From an uncultured Spirochaetia bacterium (GTDB taxonomy: Bacteria > Spirochaetota > UBA4802 > UBA5368), in assembly GCA_937877025.1 (NCBI GenBank), contig CALEGE010000002.1, positions 41,189-105,188 of the forward strand: 64,000 nt of DNA. Reading direction: 5' to 3'. Made by a program: the position numbers and the translations under genes. Numbering within the stretch: the stretch's first letter is position 1; each line of letters starts with the position of its first letter. The notes beneath the pieces are model-generated. The model made no database searches. It saw nothing but the letters and a program-made list of their open reading frames with translations, and had not been told where the DNA came from. Shown piece after piece: positions 62,938 to 64,000 of the stretch.

Positions 62938-63546
62938 ATGCCGGCAAAAGGACAGAAAAGAAAACAGCAGATTATCGATACAGCGAAAGAAATGTTCATT
63001 CAGAATGGCTTTCAGAGTACGCATATCGGACAGGTGTGCGAGAAATTAAATATAGCGCGCGGTACGGTGTACCAGTATTTTGGCAATAAAAGGGAGATCC
63101 TCTATGCCATTCTGGAATCTGTTGAAGAGAAGATTGATGACATCCTTGATCCCGACGATCTACGTGACTTTTTAAAGACGAATCCGGCGCAGAAGGCGGT
63201 GCTGAAATTTATATCTGACAGGCTTTCGGAATGCATACACGCGATTACAAGCGAACATATTATAATAAAGCTTGTGTACAAAGACATTGTCGGTATTGAC
63301 GAAGAGGTTGTTGCTCGCGTTTCGAAATTTCTCGAGTATATTTCGAAGGTTGTAACGCGCGACATGGATGAGATTAAAAAGAAAGGGGTTTATAAGAAGA
63401 CCATTGATCCCGAAGTAACGGCGATCATGCTGATCGGATCGGTAATGTACGCGGTATACGAATACGATCACAAGCAGAAAGACCTCCTTAACCGAGACAT
63501 AATTGAATCGATGGTTTCAAATTTTCTTTACGGCGTGCTCAAGTAA
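62938..63546 (+). CDS. TetR/AcrR-family transcriptional regulator
   Basis: RKQQIIDTAKEMF..NGF..T...V...LNIARGTVYQYFGNKREI HTH; GAGGTG RBS. Confidence 0.95.
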   Translation: MPAKGQKRKQQIIDTAKEMFIQNGFQSTHIGQVCEKLNIARGTVYQYFGNKREILYAILESVEEKIDDILDPDDLRDFLKTNPAQKAVLKFISDRLSECIHAITSEHIIIKLVYKDIVGIDEEVVARVSKFLEYISKVVTRDMDEIKKKGVYKKTIDPEVTAIMLIGSVMYAVYEYDHKQKDLLNRDIIESMVSNFLYGVLK

Positions 63547-63571
63547 ACAATTGCTCTCACATGTGAAACCC

Positions 63572-63598
63572 AAAACCCGGAGAATCTCCGGGTTTTTT
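63572..63598 (+). terminator. Rho-independent terminator after TetR gene
   Basis: AAAACCCGGAGA-A-TCTCCGGGTTTTTT. Confidence 0.85.
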
Positions 63599-63696
63599 AT
63601 GTATTGACAATCGTGTTTTTCTGATGCCTTCTGCAAACGGGTGATGGTACATTGTATCGTCGTTCAGTTCAGGGATAACATGGACGGGCTGTGGGT

Positions 63697-64000
63697 ATGA
63701 AATCTTCCTTAACAAAAGTATTATTACTGTTGCTGCCTTTGCCGCTTGCTATAATGCTTGTCTGCCCGGCAATGTACGCGCGGGCTGAAACCGATACCGG
63801 GACGAAACTTATCGTCGATATAATTGACGGGAACGAAGTGGAGAGAAATAACGCGTACGGGGTTATTTCGAAAAAAACGCCCCTGGAGCTTGTTCCTTTT
63901 ATAATAAAAAATATTGAGGGAAAGAGAGACCTCGAAATCCAGAAACGGCTTCTCTTTGCGTTGAAACTTTATCCGGTGCGCGACACGTTCCCGCAGTGGC
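63697..64000 (+). CDS. Exported hypothetical protein, 5' part (runs off window end)
   Basis: MKSSLTKVLLLLLPLPLAIMLVCPAMYARAETD..., frame open to the window end. Confidence 0.65.
   Translation, partial: MKSSLTKVLLLLLPLPLAIMLVCPAMYARAETDTGTKLIVDIIDGNEVERNNAYGVISKKTPLELVPFIIKNIEGKRDLEIQKRLLFALKLYPVRDTFPQW

Noticed and set aside
63551..63570. CTCTCACATGTGAAAC as a third parS
   Set aside because: Central spacing and left arm do not fit the 16-bp consensus.

Overview
Chromosomal origin-of-replication region of a bacterium that looks like an anaerobic, Leptospirales-related spirochaete (inference from OmpL37-like, Maf, PD40-OmpA and FecR/HEAT genes and the dnaA-dnaN-recF-DUF721-remB-gyrB-gyrA order). 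It carries a bipartite oriC (DnaA boxes on both sides of dnaA, a DnaA-trio-like tract before dnaN), two perfect parS palindromes inside mnmG and rsmG with no adjacent parAB, scattered housekeeping genes (leuS, purD, pyrF, coaE, hisD, manC, surE) and a yedE-tusA-cysteine desulfurase selenium/sulfur-handling operon. The strongest hidden signal is an FmdB-type zinc-ribbon gene (60136..60342, minus) whose apparent TGA stop is followed in frame by SSCR-TAG and a SECIS-like hairpin, i.e. a likely selenoprotein with a C-terminal UxxC motif. Other notable items are a tiny CxxCH/CxxxxCH cytochrome, a ClC protein with a non-canonical filter motif coupled to a PTS IIA, an orphan DNA methyltransferase, a pseudo-receiver GGDEF protein with degenerate domains, and a probable sigma28-driven small gene. 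No mobile elements, CRISPR arrays, rRNA or tRNA genes were recognised. All family calls are from motif recognition, not database searches.
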